A DNA stretch of 32,000 nucleotides from Candidatus Nitrospira inopinata (GCF_001458695.1 NZ_LN885086.1:3263118-3295117), one strand, 5' to 3'; shown: positions 16,440 through 27,206, counted from the stretch's first letter. Made by a program: numbers and translations. Notes: generated by a model not told the origin, from the sequence alone.

Positions 16440-19400
16440 TTAGTGCGCGGCGCCGGCCTTGCGTTTGCGCTCTTCGAGCACCCGCTTGTAGTCGGTCGGC
16501 ATCACCTTCACGAATTTGGGCAACAACGTCTCCCAGGCGTCAAGAATCCGCTTCGCGTTTCGGCTGCCGGTATGCAGGAAATGCGACGCGATCATCTCAT
16601 GCAGCATCTTTTTGTCTTCTTCCGTCCTCACCGCTTCAAGCTCGACCATGCCGAGATTGCAGCGGGACTCGAATTTCCCGAACTCGTTCAAGATGAAGGC
16701 GACGCCGCCCGACATGCCGGCGGCGAAGTTTCGGCCGGTGCTCCCCAGCACGACCACCACGCCGCCCGTCATATATTCGCAGCCGTGATCGCCCGTGCCC
16801 TCGACGACGGCGCGCGCGCCGCTGTTGCGGACCGCAAACCGTTCTCCCGCCATGCCGTAAAAATAGGCTTCGCCCTGCGTCGCGCCGTACAACGAGGTAT
16901 TGCCGATCAAAATCGTCTCTTCGGGGTCGAACGCCGCCTGTTTGGGCGGGAAAACGACGATCTTTCCGCCCGACAGACCTTTCCCCAAATAATCGTTCGA
17001 CTCGCCTTCAAGAACAAGGGTGACGCCTCGCGCAAGAAACGCGCCGAACGACTGCCCCGCCGAGCCGGTGAATTTGATCGTGATGGTATCAGGCGGCAAG
17101 CCGTCCGGCCCGTGCCGTTTTGCAATGCGGCCGGACAACATCGTCCCGACCGCGCGATTCACGTTGCGAATCGGCAGATCGAGTTTGACCGATTCGCCTC
17201 GTTCAATCGCCGGGGCGCAGAGCTCGATCAACTTTCTATCGAGAACATCCGCAATCCCATGGTCCTGAGCCTGTACGCAATGACGCGCCCTCTCCGGACC
17301 GACATCCGGCATCGTCAACAAGGCCGTCAGATCCAATCCCTTGGCCTTCCAGTGGTCGATCGCCTTGTGGGCCTTGAGTTTGTCCACTCGTCCGACCATC
17401 TCGGCGACCGTGCGGAATCCCAGCCCGGCCATGATTCTCCGCAGTTCTTCGGCGACGAAGAAAAAGTAGTTCACCACATGTTCGGGCCGCCCCGTGAACT
17501 TTTTCCGAAGTGCGGGATCTTGCGTCGCCACTCCGACCGGACAGGTATTGAGGTGGCACTTCCGCATCATGATGCAGCCCTCGACGATCAACGGCGCCGT
17601 CGAGAAACCGAATTCTTCGGCTCCCAGGAGTGCCGCGATGGCGACGTCTCGGCCGGTTTTCAATTGGCCGTCCGTTTCGACGCGAATCCGCCCGCGAAGA
17701 TCGTTTATCACCAGCGTCTGGTGAGTTTCGGCCAACCCCAATTCCCACGGGATGCCCGCATACTTGATGGAAGACAGGGGCGAGGCGCCGGTGCCACCCG
17801 AGTCTCCGCTGATCAACACCTTGTCGGCGTGGGCCTTGGCGACGCCGGCGGCCACGGTCCCGACCCCCACCTCCGCGACCAGCTTGACCGACACGTCCGC
17901 CTCCGGATTGGCGTTTTTCAGATCGAAAATCAGTTGAGCCAAGTCCTCGATCGAATAGATGTCGTGGTGCGGCGGCGGCGAGATCAACTGCACGCCCGGC
18001 GTCGCATACCGCATCCGCGCGATGACTTCATCGACCTTATGCCCGGGCAACTGCCCGCCTTCGCCCGGCTTGGCCCCTTGCGCCATCTTGATCTGCAGCT
18101 CTCTGGCGTTGGCCAAATAGTGCGCCGTCACGCCGAACCGGGCCGACGCCACCTGTTTGATATAGGAATTCTTGGAATCGCCGTTGGGGAGCGGAACGAA
18201 TCGCTCGGGGTCCTCGCCGCCTTCTCCCGTGTTGCTCTTGGCGCCGATCCGGTTCATCGCGATCGCGAGCGTCTCATGGGCTTCCTTGCTGATCGCTCCA
18301 AAGGACATGGCGCCGGTCGTGAACCGCTTGACGATCTCTTTCGCCGGCTCAACCTCCTCGAGCGGAATGGGCTCCGGCAGGAACTTAAAGTCGAGCAGCC
18401 CCCGCAAATTCGACCGCCGCTTGCTCTCATCGTTCACCAATTGCGCGAATTCCTCGTACATCTTGGAGTCGTTCAACCTGGTCGCGTGCTGGAGCTTGTA
18501 GATCGTCTCGGGATTCCAGTTGTGATGCTCGCCCTGGACGCGATAGTGAATCTCCCCCCCGAAATCAAGTTGGCGAATCGGCGCTGGCTCGTAAGCCACG
18601 CGATGCCGGCGGACGGTTTCTTCCCCGATTTCCCTGATGCCGATGCCTTCGATGCGCGAGGCGGTGCCCGTGAAATAGCGGTCGATCAACTCATGATTCA
18701 GACCGATGGCCTCAAAAATCTGCGCGCCGCAATAGGATTGCACGGTCGAAATCCCCATCTTGGAAAAGATCTTGAGCAATCCCTTCCCGACAGCCTTGAT
18801 AAATTTTCCCTCGGCGGTCTGCGCATCCAAGCCCTCCGGCAAATAGCCGTCCCGTTCCATGTCCACCAGAGACTCGAACACCAGATAGGGGTTCACCGTA
18901 CCGGCGCCGAATCCGATGAGGCAGGCGAAATGGTGCACGTCGCGCGGCTCGCCGCTCTCGACGATGAGTCCGACTTCCGTCCTGGTGCATTCCCGCACCA
19001 AATGGTGATGGACCGCCGAGATGCCGAGCAAGCTGGGAATCGGCGCCCATTCGTCGTTCACGCCGCGATCGCTCAAAATCAGGAACTTATAGCCTTCGCG
19101 AATCGCCTGCGACGCCTGGCGGCACAGGTCGTCCACGGCCGATTCCAATCCGTCCGGCCCCGCGGCGACCCGGAAGAGCATCTTGAGCGTCTTGCTTTTG
19201 AAGTGCGGGTCCGCGATTTCCCGAATTTTCTGAAGGTCGGCGTTCGTCAGAATCGGTTGTTTGACGCGAATCCGGCGGCACGACTCGGGGTGTTCCTCCA
19301 TGAGATTCGGCTTCGGCCCGATGCTGGTGGAAAGCGACATGACCAGCTCTTCGCGGATCGGATCGATCGGCGGATTCGTCACCTGGGCGAAGAGCTGCTT

Positions 19401-20975
19401 GAAATACTTGAAGAGCAGTTGCGGGCGCTCGGACAACACGGCGAGCGGCGTGTCGGTCCCCATCGACGAGACCGCCTCCTGCCCCTCCACGACCATCGGC
19501 GTAATGACCATCTTCAATTCTTCGACCGTATAGCCGAAGGCCTGCTGCCGCTGACGAAGAGTCTGATGGTCCGGCTGAGGCACATTGAGCGGTTCCGGCA
19601 ACTCATCCAAAGAAATTCGATACTGGGTCACCCAGGCGCGGTAGGGCTTTCGGCCGGCGATCTCCGCTTTGACTTCTTCGTCGTCGATGATCCGCCCCTG
19701 CGCCGTGTCCACAAGAAACATCCGCCCCGGCATCAGCCGTCCCTTTTGATGGACCCGCTGGATGTCCAGGGGAAGGACTCCCGCTTCCGACGCCAACACG
19801 ACCAATCCGTCCGTCGTGACCACATAGCGACAGGGCCGCAAACCGTTTCGATCCAAGGTGGCGCCGATCAGTTTGCCGTCCGTAAAACACACGGCGGCCG
19901 GTCCGTCCCACGGCTCCTGCATCGCGGCATGGTATTCGTAAAAGCCGCGACGATCCAAATCCATCTGCGGATTGCCCACCCAGGGCTCCGGAATGAGCAT
20001 CATCATGGCGTGCGGCAGCGAGCGCCCTCCCATCGTCAGGAACTCAACCGCGTTGTCGAGGCAAGCCGAATCGCTTTGATGCTCATCGACGATGGGAAAC
20101 AATTTGACGATGTCGGGACCGAACAGGTCCGAATTCAATCGGCCCTGTCGGGCCTTCATCCAGTTCACGTTGCCCTTCAACGTGTTGATTTCCCCGTTGT
20201 GGCAGATATACCGATAGGGATGCGCCAGCGGCCACGTGGGAAACGTGTTCGTGCTGAAGCGCGAATGGACCAACGCCAACGCGCTGACCAGCGAGTCATC
20301 CCGCAAGTCCTGATAGTACTCCGCCATCTGATGGGGAAGCAGCAGTCCCTTGTACACAATGGTATTGACGGACAGGCTGACCACGTAAAAATAGTCGCGC
20401 CCTTGAATGGCCGACTCGCGGATCGCCCGTTCCACGCGCTTGCGGACGACGTATAACTTGCGCTCGAACTGGGCCTCGTTGAAAATGTCTCTCGCGATGA
20501 AGAGCTGGCGCATGAAGGGTTCGGTGCGTCTCGCCGTTTCCCCGATGACATCGCTTTTGACCGGCACGTCTCTCCAGCCGAGCAGCCGCAATCCCTCTTC
20601 TTTGATGATGTCGCCGAACACCCGCTCGCACTGACGCCGTTGATCCTCCAGCGGCGGAAGAAACACCATGCCGACGCCGTATTCACCGGCCTCTCCCAAC
20701 GAGACGCCGACATCGGCCGCCGCGCGTTTCATGAACGCGTGGGGAATCTGCAGCAGAATGCCGGCGCCGTCGCCGGTCCGAGGGTCGCTTCCCTGCGCGC
20801 CGCGATGCGCGAGGTGCTCTAAAATCCGGAGTCCTTGTTGGACGATGTCGTGAGACTTCTGCCCTTTGATGTTGACCACGAAGCCGATTCCACAGGAATC
20901 CCGTTCGTGTCCGGGGTCGTAAAGCCCTTGCTTGCGAGGAAAGCCTGGAACGTTCATGTCCCGTATCCCATTCAC
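16440..20975 (-). CDS. gltB: Glutamate synthase (NADPH) large subunit
   Basis: 1511 aa. Ntn-amidotransferase N-terminus [18 protein letters not shown], the FMN/3Fe-4S central domain and the C-terminal GXGXG beta-helix domain ([13 protein letters not shown]). Position 20975 is a GTG. The in-frame ATG at 20957 (MNVPGF...) is an equally plausible start. Confidence 0.95.
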   Translation of the reverse strand: MNGIRDMNVPGFPRKQGLYDPGHERDSCGIGFVVNIKGQKSHDIVQQGLRILEHLAHRGAQGSDPRTGDGAGILLQIPHAFMKRAAADVGVSLGEAGEYGVGMVFLPPLEDQRRQCERVFGDIIKEEGLRLLGWRDVPVKSDVIGETARRTEPFMRQLFIARDIFNEAQFERKLYVVRKRVERAIRESAIQGRDYFYVVSLSVNTIVYKGLLLPHQMAEYYQDLRDDSLVSALALVHSRFSTNTFPTWPLAHPYRYICHNGEINTLKGNVNWMKARQGRLNSDLFGPDIVKLFPIVDEHQSDSACLDNAVEFLTMGGRSLPHAMMMLIPEPWVGNPQMDLDRRGFYEYHAAMQEPWDGPAAVCFTDGKLIGATLDRNGLRPCRYVVTTDGLVVLASEAGVLPLDIQRVHQKGRLMPGRMFLVDTAQGRIIDDEEVKAEIAGRKPYRAWVTQYRISLDELPEPLNVPQPDHQTLRQRQQAFGYTVEELKMVITPMVVEGQEAVSSMGTDTPLAVLSERPQLLFKYFKQLFAQVTNPPIDPIREELVMSLSTSIGPKPNLMEEHPESCRRIRVKQPILTNADLQKIREIADPHFKSKTLKMLFRVAAGPDGLESAVDDLCRQASQAIREGYKFLILSDRGVNDEWAPIPSLLGISAVHHHLVRECTRTEVGLIVESGEPRDVHHFACLIGFGAGTVNPYLVFESLVDMERDGYLPEGLDAQTAEGKFIKAVGKGLLKIFSKMGISTVQSYCGAQIFEAIGLNHELIDRYFTGTASRIEGIGIREIGEETVRRHRVAYEPAPIRQLDFGGEIHYRVQGEHHNWNPETIYKLQHATRLNDSKMYEEFAQLVNDESKRRSNLRGLLDFKFLPEPIPLEEVEPAKEIVKRFTTGAMSFGAISKEAHETLAIAMNRIGAKSNTGEGGEDPERFVPLPNGDSKNSYIKQVASARFGVTAHYLANARELQIKMAQGAKPGEGGQLPGHKVDEVIARMRYATPGVQLISPPPHHDIYSIEDLAQLIFDLKNANPEADVSVKLVAEVGVGTVAAGVAKAHADKVLISGDSGGTGASPLSSIKYAGIPWELGLAETHQTLVINDLRGRIRVETDGQLKTGRDVAIAALLGAEEFGFSTAPLIVEGCIMMRKCHLNTCPVGVATQDPALRKKFTGRPEHVVNYFFFVAEELRRIMAGLGFRTVAEMVGRVDKLKAHKAIDHWKAKGLDLTALLTMPDVGPERARHCVQAQDHGIADVLDRKLIELCAPAIERGESVKLDLPIRNVNRAVGTMLSGRIAKRHGPDGLPPDTITIKFTGSAGQSFGAFLARGVTLVLEGESNDYLGKGLSGGKIVVFPPKQAAFDPEETILIGNTSLYGATQGEAYFYGMAGERFAVRNSGARAVVEGTGDHGCEYMTGGVVVVLGSTGRNFAAGMSGGVAFILNEFGKFESRCNLGMVELEAVRTEEDKKMLHEMIASHFLHTGSRNAKRILDAWETLLPKFVKVMPTDYKRVLEERKRKAGAAH

Positions 20976-21050
20976 ACTGTGGGGAAGTTTCCTGATCGGA
21001 CGGAGCGCGTCGAACGAGGAGATTTGGACCGCGTTGATTTCATCATGCTC

Positions 21051-21069
21051 CGGCTGAATTCCTCAGCCG
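21051..21069. promoter_or_regulatory. Inverted repeat CGGCTGA-N5-TCAGCCG in the gltB/ispB divergent region
   Basis: Perfect 7-bp arms at 21051-21057 and 21063-21069. It lies ~80-95 nt upstream of the gltB start and ~120-170 nt upstream of the ispB-like start. Function unknown. Confidence 0.2.
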
Positions 21070-21185
21070 ATTCTCAGGCAGGAACTTACTGGATGGGTCC
21101 TCCCTCTGTCAAGGTTGTCCCGCCGCCCCCATGCGCCCACCGTTTGCTTGACTTTATTTCCCACTCTGCCATACCATCCCCCTCC

Positions 21186-22190
21186 ATGAGTGGAGGCCCC
21201 GTGATTTCAACCATCAACACCATGGCGGACGTCTGGGAGGCGTATCGCCACGAGCTGGAAGAAGTCGAAGAGCGAGTGAAGCAAAACCTCGATTCCAGCG
21301 TCGCACTCGTCAACACGGTGGCAGCCCAAATCTTAAGCGGCGGCGGAAAACGCATCAGGCCGCTTCTTCTTTTGTTGAGCGCCCGGCTCTGCGGCTACGC
21401 GGACAAAGAGCACCATCAACTGGGAAGCCTGGTGGAATTCATCCACACCGCCACGTTGTTGCACGACGACGTGGTCGACGAAGCCGATCTCCGACGAGGC
21501 CGACGGACCGCGCGACGGGTTTGGGGCAACCAAATCAGCATCCTTGTGGGCGACTACCTTTACACCAGGGCCATGTGCCGGGTCGTGGAGTTTCGGAGCC
21601 AGGGCATCAACGAAGTGCTGGCCGAGGCCTGCAAGAAAATGGCGGAGGGGGAAGTCCTCCAGTTGTACTACAACGGCAATCCGTCCATTCCGGAAAGCGA
21701 TTACATCAAAATCGTCGAGCACAAAACCGCCGGGTTGATCGCGGCCGCCTGTCGGATGGGCGCCATTCTGGCCGAAGCCTCCGAAGCGCGGCAAGAGGCC
21801 CTGTTTCGATTCGGACAGTACCTGGGCATCGCCTTCCAGGTCGCCGACGACACCTTGGACTATACCGCAAACGGCGCCTTGCTGGGGAAAACCATCGGAC
21901 AGGATCTGCGGCAGGGGAAAGCCACGCTTCCGTTGCTCCATCTGCTCCGGCAGTGCTCGGAGCAGGACGCGCGCATGATCAAAGACCGAATGGAGACCAG
22001 AACTCTCAGCGCCGCCGACTTGGAACGGATCCTGTTTCTGATGACGGAATACGGATCGATCACCTATGCGATGGATCGGGCCCGAACGTATGTGGCCGCG
22101 GCCAAGCGCGAGCTCGATCTGTTCGAGGACGGTCCGGCGCGGCGGGCCTTGACGGTCGCCGCCGATTACATGATCACCAGAGATCGATAG
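21186..22190 (+). CDS. ispB: Long-chain polyprenyl diphosphate synthase (IspB-like, octaprenyl/heptaprenyl type)
   Basis: First Asp-rich motif LLHDDVVDEADLRRGRRTA, second FQVADDTLDY, and GGGKRIRPLLLLL. Track ORF 20835..22190 has a ~117-aa extension that overlaps gltB and is not credible. Candidate starts are ATG 21186, GTG 21201 (preceded by GGAGG 4 nt upstream) and ATG 21222. Chain-length specificity cannot be read from the sequence. Confidence 0.85.
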   Translation: MSGGPVISTINTMADVWEAYRHELEEVEERVKQNLDSSVALVNTVAAQILSGGGKRIRPLLLLLSARLCGYADKEHHQLGSLVEFIHTATLLHDDVVDEADLRRGRRTARRVWGNQISILVGDYLYTRAMCRVVEFRSQGINEVLAEACKKMAEGEVLQLYYNGNPSIPESDYIKIVEHKTAGLIAAACRMGAILAEASEARQEALFRFGQYLGIAFQVADDTLDYTANGALLGKTIGQDLRQGKATLPLLHLLRQCSEQDARMIKDRMETRTLSAADLERILFLMTEYGSITYAMDRARTYVAAAKRELDLFEDGPARRALTVAADYMITRDR

Positions 22191-22315
22191 CCGTCTTCCC
22201 GCCCGTCCGCAATCGCAGAACGGCCTTGGGAAAGACCTCCCCGCAGGATGGCAAGACTCATTCCCGGTCGATATCAAGCGCTCAACCATCATCATACGGA
22301 GCAAGAGGTCAGGTC

Positions 22316-23635
22316 ATGTCAGAGATTTTTCCGTTTCACGGCACACTCTACGACCCCGCCGTTGTGGGCGACATCAAAGAGGTGGTCGCTCCGCCCTACG
22401 ACGTCATCGACGCGGCCGGTCAGGACGCGCTTCATCGACGTCATTCGCACAACATTATTCGCTTGGAATTGGGCCTCGACCGGCCGGGAGACGGACCGAC
22501 TGAGAACCGCTATACCCGGGCCGCCGCCACGTTGCGCGAGTGGCGCGCAAGCGGCGCGCTCAAACGGGACCGGCAACCGGCTCTCTACTACCATACGATT
22601 GAATATCGCCCCCCCTCAGGCGCCGACGCAACGGCCTCGAAAGTACTGCGTGGATTTCTCGCGTTGGTCAAGCTCGAAGCGCTGGACTCCGGACGGATCT
22701 ATCCCCATGAAAACACCAGGGCCGCGGCGAAAACCGACCGCCTGAACCTCTTGCAGGCCTGCCGAGCGAACGTGAGCCCCATTTGGTCGCTGTATTCCGA
22801 CCCGGAGGGCGGCGTGATCGGGCTCTTGGAAACGGCCGTGAAGGGACAACCGGCCCGTTACGACTTTGAAGACGACGCCGGTTTCCGCGAGCGGCTCTGG
22901 CCCGTCACCGATCCCGCTCTCCTCGATCAAGTCGTTCACGCCATGCGGAGCAAACCTCTCTTTATCGCGGACGGCCATCATCGCTATGAAACCGCGCTGA
23001 ATTATCGAACGCTTCGCCGGCAGGGAGGCGGTCCTGCGGACCTCCAGCCCTACGATTGCGTCTTGATGCTGCTGGCCCCGCTGGAAGATCCCGGCTTGAC
23101 CGTTCTGCCGACGCACCGGGTGCTCACCACTCCCCTGCCGTCGTACGAGAAGATCAAATCCTTGCTCGACGAGACGTTCGACTATCAGGAATTTCCCTAC
23201 ACGGATGCCACGGAGCAGACGGCGCGCGCGCGATTCATCGCCGCCCTCAGGTCGAACGGGCGATCCGTCCCCGTGTTTGGAATGGCCGTGAGGGGCGAAT
23301 CCCGATACGCCACCCTGACGCTGAAACCGGCCCATCGTCCGTCGCCCGACGCCTCTCCGCGGGCGCGACTTGACGTGTCGCTGCTCCAGCAACTGATCGT
23401 CGCCAAACTCTGCCCTTCGCGGGAGGAGCAAGAAGCGATTCTTTACACCAAGGACGATCACGAGGCGTTGAATTGGGTCGCTCAAGGAATCGGCACCGGG
23501 GCGTTGCTGCTCAACGCGACCAAGGTGGGAGAAATTCGCGCGGTCGCGACGGCGGGCGAGCGCATGCCGCACAAATCGACGTACTTCTACCCCAAACCGC
23601 TCACCGGCTTGGTGCTCCACGTCATGGAGGAGTAA
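22316..23635 (+). CDS. DUF1015 family protein
   Basis: MSEIFPFHGTLYDPAVVGDIKEVVAPPYDVIDAAGQDAL... and FIADGHHRYETALNY are the hallmark N-terminal and central blocks of DUF1015 as I recall them. SD AAGAGG lies 9 nt before ATG 22316. Track ORF 21521..23635 is an out-of-context extension running through ispB. Confidence 0.75.
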   Translation: MSEIFPFHGTLYDPAVVGDIKEVVAPPYDVIDAAGQDALHRRHSHNIIRLELGLDRPGDGPTENRYTRAAATLREWRASGALKRDRQPALYYHTIEYRPPSGADATASKVLRGFLALVKLEALDSGRIYPHENTRAAAKTDRLNLLQACRANVSPIWSLYSDPEGGVIGLLETAVKGQPARYDFEDDAGFRERLWPVTDPALLDQVVHAMRSKPLFIADGHHRYETALNYRTLRRQGGGPADLQPYDCVLMLLAPLEDPGLTVLPTHRVLTTPLPSYEKIKSLLDETFDYQEFPYTDATEQTARARFIAALRSNGRSVPVFGMAVRGESRYATLTLKPAHRPSPDASPRARLDVSLLQQLIVAKLCPSREEQEAILYTKDDHEALNWVAQGIGTGALLLNATKVGEIRAVATAGERMPHKSTYFYPKPLTGLVLHVMEE

Positions 23636-23652
23636 CGCGGGGAGGCAAGACC

Positions 23653-25056
23653 ATGGCCGCCAGAATCCTCATCGCCGACGACGACCCGGACATCGTGTCG
23701 GTGTTGCAAGATCGGCTTCAGTCACACGGCTACGACATCATCACGGCGAGGGACGGCCAGGAGGCAATCGGGCAAATCGCGCAGGAATCCCCCAACCTCG
23801 TGCTGTTGGATCTGACCCTTCCCAAACTCTCCGGCATCGAAGTCTTGAAACACTTGAACCGTTCGAAACAATCGGACACTCTGCCCGTCGTCGTGATGAC
23901 CGCCCACGGCTCCATCGACATCGCGGTCGAAGCGATGAAAGAAGGGGCCTATGACTTTCTGACCAAACCGCTGGACAAGGACCACTTGCTGCTCGTCATT
24001 CGCAAAGCCCTCGAACGAGACCATTTGCGCCGGCAGATCGACTATCTCCGCTCCGAGGTCGCCGGACGCTACGCCTCGATCGTCGGCAACAGCCCGTCGA
24101 TCCAGCCTATCATTGAAGCGGCCCGCCGGGCCGCCAAGTCGGACGCCGGCGTGCTCTTGCTCGGCGAGAGCGGAACCGGCAAGGAACTGTTCGCCCGTTC
24201 CATTCACCAGTGGAGCCATCGCCAGGCCATGCCGCTCATCGTCATCAACTGCGTGGCCCTGACGGAAACGTTGCTTGAAAACGAGCTGTTCGGCCACGAG
24301 CGCGGCGCCTTTACCGGCGCGGATCGGCTGCAAAAGGGCAAGTTGGAAATGGCCGACGGCGGCACGGTGTTTCTGGATGAAATCGGCGACATGTCGCTGC
24401 CCTTGCAGGCGAAGCTGCTGCGGGTGCTGCAGGACCGCGAGTTTCACCGTGTCGGCGGCACCAAGACCGTCTCGGTCAACATCCGCATCATCGCCGCCAC
24501 GAATAAAGATTTGAAGAAAGCCGTGAAAGCCGGCGAGTTTCGCGAGGATCTCTATTTCCGCTTGAACGTCATCACACTCACGCTTCCGCCCCTGCGGGAG
24601 CGCCGGAGCGACATCCCCGCCTTGGCCCACTTCTTTCTCGACCGGCACGCGAAGGACGCCAAGCGCCCGCACATGACCTTCAGCCCCCAGGCGCTGGACG
24701 CTTTGAGCCGGTATTCCTGGCCGGGTAACATTCGGGAATTGGAGAACGTGATCGCCCGCGCCGTCGTCTTGAGCCCCACCGACACGATCGAGCCCAACAT
24801 GCTCGCCCTGTTGCAGGAAGAACAGGACCTCCGCCCCAACGATAGTCCCTATCTTCCTTATTTGGATTTGCCCTACCACCAATCGATGGAAGAACACAGT
24901 CGCTACATCATCGCCCGCGCTGTCGCCCACGCCAACGGCAATCAAACCAAGGCCGCGGAGTTTTTGAAGCTCCAGCGCACCTACCTGGCCCGATTGATCA
25001 AACGCCACAAATCCATAGGAGGGCTTGGAAACGCGGTTCTCTCCGACGGCGTCTGA
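23653..25056 (+). CDS. Sigma-54-dependent two-component response regulator (NtrC family)
   Basis: REC domain (ILIADDDPDI...LVLLDLTLPKLSG...VVMTAHGS...KPL). AAA+ domain with GESGTGKE and the GAFTGA loop (ERGAFTGA), ESELFGHE-like ENELFGHE and WPGNIRELEN. C-terminal Fis-type HTH (GNQTKAAEFLKLQRTYLARLIKR). SD GGAGG lies 8 nt before ATG 23653. The gene starts 17 nt after the DUF1015 stop. Confidence 0.9.
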   Translation: MAARILIADDDPDIVSVLQDRLQSHGYDIITARDGQEAIGQIAQESPNLVLLDLTLPKLSGIEVLKHLNRSKQSDTLPVVVMTAHGSIDIAVEAMKEGAYDFLTKPLDKDHLLLVIRKALERDHLRRQIDYLRSEVAGRYASIVGNSPSIQPIIEAARRAAKSDAGVLLLGESGTGKELFARSIHQWSHRQAMPLIVINCVALTETLLENELFGHERGAFTGADRLQKGKLEMADGGTVFLDEIGDMSLPLQAKLLRVLQDREFHRVGGTKTVSVNIRIIAATNKDLKKAVKAGEFREDLYFRLNVITLTLPPLRERRSDIPALAHFFLDRHAKDAKRPHMTFSPQALDALSRYSWPGNIRELENVIARAVVLSPTDTIEPNMLALLQEEQDLRPNDSPYLPYLDLPYHQSMEEHSRYIIARAVAHANGNQTKAAEFLKLQRTYLARLIKRHKSIGGLGNAVLSDGV

Positions 25057-25141
25057 CGGCCCTTTCCATCGATTCGTTGGATGAAAACCGGCCGTCTCCT
25101 CGCCGGCCGTCCCGAAAGAAACAACGGAGACGCGCGATCGA

Positions 25142-25888
25142 CTATCGGCCGGGGACGAGCCCTCGGCCCTCCAGGCGAATCAGTCCCGCTCGAACATCTT
25201 GCTCGGCCTGAGTGTATCGTTCGATGGTCCCCACGTCGGACCAGTAACCCTGCATATCGTACCCCACGATCCTTTCGCCTCGTTGAATGGCGGCGACATA
25301 GGGATCAATGATCGACAGAGCCGTTTCCCTGGGCACATCCCTGAGCAGGCACAGGTCCAGGATATGAATGCCGGCGAACATCCGTGGCACGGTAGGACCG
25401 CTATCATCAAGGCCCTTGCCGGTAATTCGCACAATGCGGTGTTCCGCCCCCACTTCCACCAAGCCCCACCGGGCGGCGTCGCTATCCTCCCGCAGAACCA
25501 ACGTCGCCACGGCCTTCTCGGCGAAATGAAACGCCATGACCTCTTTCAGGTCCAACTCGACAAGCGTATCGCCGTTTAAAACCAACACCGGCTCTCCATT
25601 GAAATAGGGCTCGGCCCGTTTGATCCCTCCGCCGGTGCCCAAAATCGTCGTCTCTTTGGAGTACGTGATCCGCAGGCCGAATTGCGACCCATCGCCCAAG
25701 GCCTCTTCGATCATCGAACCGAGATAATGCAGATTGATGACGACGTCCCGGAATCCATGACGCCGGAGAAGCAACAGATTCCACACGATCAACGGCGTGC
25801 CGCCGACCGGCAACAGCGGCTTCGGCATGCCGTCGGTCAACGGCCGAAGCCTGGTTCCAAGTCCCGCGGCAAGAATCATGGCCTTCAT
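25142..25888 (-). CDS. murU: Sugar-phosphate nucleotidyltransferase, MurU-like (N-acetylmuramate alpha-1-phosphate uridylyltransferase)
   Basis: MKAMILAAGLGTRLRPLTDGMPKPLLPVGGTPLIVWNLLLLRRHGFRDVVINLHYLGSMIEEALGDGSQFGLRITYSKE closely resembles the MurU N-terminus as I remember it from Pseudomonas. It lies immediately downstream of an APH-fold kinase gene, which is the characteristic amgK-murU arrangement. Confidence 0.7.
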   Translation of the reverse strand: MKAMILAAGLGTRLRPLTDGMPKPLLPVGGTPLIVWNLLLLRRHGFRDVVINLHYLGSMIEEALGDGSQFGLRITYSKETTILGTGGGIKRAEPYFNGEPVLVLNGDTLVELDLKEVMAFHFAEKAVATLVLREDSDAARWGLVEVGAEHRIVRITGKGLDDSGPTVPRMFAGIHILDLCLLRDVPRETALSIIDPYVAAIQRGERIVGYDMQGYWSDVGTIERYTQAEQDVRAGLIRLEGRGLVPGR

Positions 25889-25977
25889 AACATGGGTCCC
25901 CAGAGCCGGAGCGAGCCCAAAACCGGCGCGATCATCCGCAACGCCGGACCGGCGTCACCCGCCAAACGGATGACCGT

Positions 25978-27084
25978 TCATTGCAGCTCCGGCACGTACG
26001 GAGCAAGGCGGCGGCGCAGCGGTTCCAATTCCGGGTACTTGTGGAGGTTTCGTTTGACGTAGCCCAGCACACGAGGAATATCCGGCAGAAATTTGGGGTT
26101 GCGTTTGACGCGATCGATATAGACGAATCGGCCGGCGGCCTTGAGATTTCGTTGGATGCTGGTGAGATCAAACAAACGGCGAAACGAAGCGCGATTGGCC
26201 CAGACGACGCGCCGCGCGGCCATCCGGTCCAGATAGTAGCCCACCAACTCGTCCACCAGCGACTCGTCAAGCTCGATGTACGCGTCCCGCAGCAGTGACG
26301 CCAAATCGTAGGTCGCCGGCCCCATCAACGCGTCCTGAAAATCGATCACCCCCAACCGCTCCCCATCGACCATCAGGTTTCGCGAGTGGTAATCCCGATG
26401 CACGAAGACGCGCGGCTCCCCGGCTAGGAGATCGGCAATGCGCTCGAACTCCTGGCGAATCGCGATCCAATCGTCCGAACACATCGGCTTTCCACGCCGC
26501 GCGACCACTCCGTACTCCAGAAAATGATCGAACTCCCACATCAGCAACGGAACGTCAAATCGGCGATGAAAGGCCACGCAGCCCACATCGACCGGCGCCG
26601 TGGCTTCCATCTGGAACCGAACCATCACATCGATAGCCTGCTTATAGCGCGACTCCAGCGTCGCGGGATCTGCCGTACGGGCCGCTTCCGCAAGTGTCAC
26701 GTCGCCGAAATCCTCAAGGTACAGGAGGCCGGCGTCCACGTCGTAATAATAGAGCATCGGCACCGGCACGTCCGCTTTCGCCAGGTGCGCGAGGACGTTC
26801 ACAAAGGGCAACTCGTCGATTTCCTTGCTCGTGCCGCTGACCGCTTCCTCGGACTGTTTGAATCCCTCCGCTTGGGCCAATTGCATGATGATCGCGGAAT
26901 GCGGCGGCCCGCCGTTGAGCACCGCGCGATAATAGCGGCGATTCGACGCATCACCGGCCAACGGTCGGATCTCTCGCAACGCCAGGCCGGGGGCAAGATA
27001 CGTTTGAACCGTCCGCGCCACGTGGGACGGATCGGGAGGAAGGGGCGAAACCGGGGCAGGAGGAGCCGAATGAACCTTCGACAT
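25978..27084 (-). CDS. amgK: Aminoglycoside-phosphotransferase-fold kinase, AmgK-like (MurNAc/GlcNAc anomeric kinase)
   Basis: APH/choline-kinase catalytic motifs HRDYHSRNLMV and IDFQDA, with an N-terminal nucleotide-binding lobe (ASNRRYYR). It is adjacent to the murU-like gene. The start is uncertain: ATG 27084 (MSKVHS...) or TTG 27144. No clear SD precedes either. Confidence 0.65.
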   Translation of the reverse strand: MSKVHSAPPAPVSPLPPDPSHVARTVQTYLAPGLALREIRPLAGDASNRRYYRAVLNGGPPHSAIIMQLAQAEGFKQSEEAVSGTSKEIDELPFVNVLAHLAKADVPVPMLYYYDVDAGLLYLEDFGDVTLAEAARTADPATLESRYKQAIDVMVRFQMEATAPVDVGCVAFHRRFDVPLLMWEFDHFLEYGVVARRGKPMCSDDWIAIRQEFERIADLLAGEPRVFVHRDYHSRNLMVDGERLGVIDFQDALMGPATYDLASLLRDAYIELDESLVDELVGYYLDRMAARRVVWANRASFRRLFDLTSIQRNLKAAGRFVYIDRVKRNPKFLPDIPRVLGYVKRNLHKYPELEPLRRRLAPYVPELQ

Positions 27085-27206
27085 ACGGAGGCGATTATAT
27101 CCGTGATCGCTCCGTCTGTCACGAAGGGCGGCTGAATCTCGCAATATCGCCTTCTCAAAACGTTTGAGCCAATCCGGTTATTCTTCGGTCAAGACAGATC
27201 GACCCA

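Noticed and set aside
16416-20456. A 1346-aa stop-free ORF antisense to gltB. Similar long antisense ORFs occur at 15142..16443 (versus gltD), 22616..23620 (versus DUF1015), 23722..25008 (versus the response regulator) and 30799..31929 (versus the MCP).
   Set aside because: In every case the antisense ORF shares codon boundaries with the real gene (coordinate differences are divisible by 3). Its stop codons can therefore arise only from sense TTA, CTA or TCA codons, which this GC-rich genome avoids. The gltB antisense ORF ends exactly at a sense TTA (Leu) codon at 20454-20456. The products are R/P/G/H-rich and not protein-like, and they have no SD. This is a codon-bias artefact, not overlapping genes.
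20835-21185. N-terminal extensions of track ORFs: 20835 for ispB, 21521 for DUF1015, 23473 for the response regulator, 7747 for pxpC, 8792 for the small exported protein, 13320 for the 143-aa protein and 10744/10779 for the divergent pair.
   Set aside because: The extensions overlap upstream genes, are R/P/S-rich, and lack similarity to the known family N-termini. Internal starts restore canonical N-termini (for example MNTIDLNSDLGE and MAARILIADDD), and most have SD sequences.
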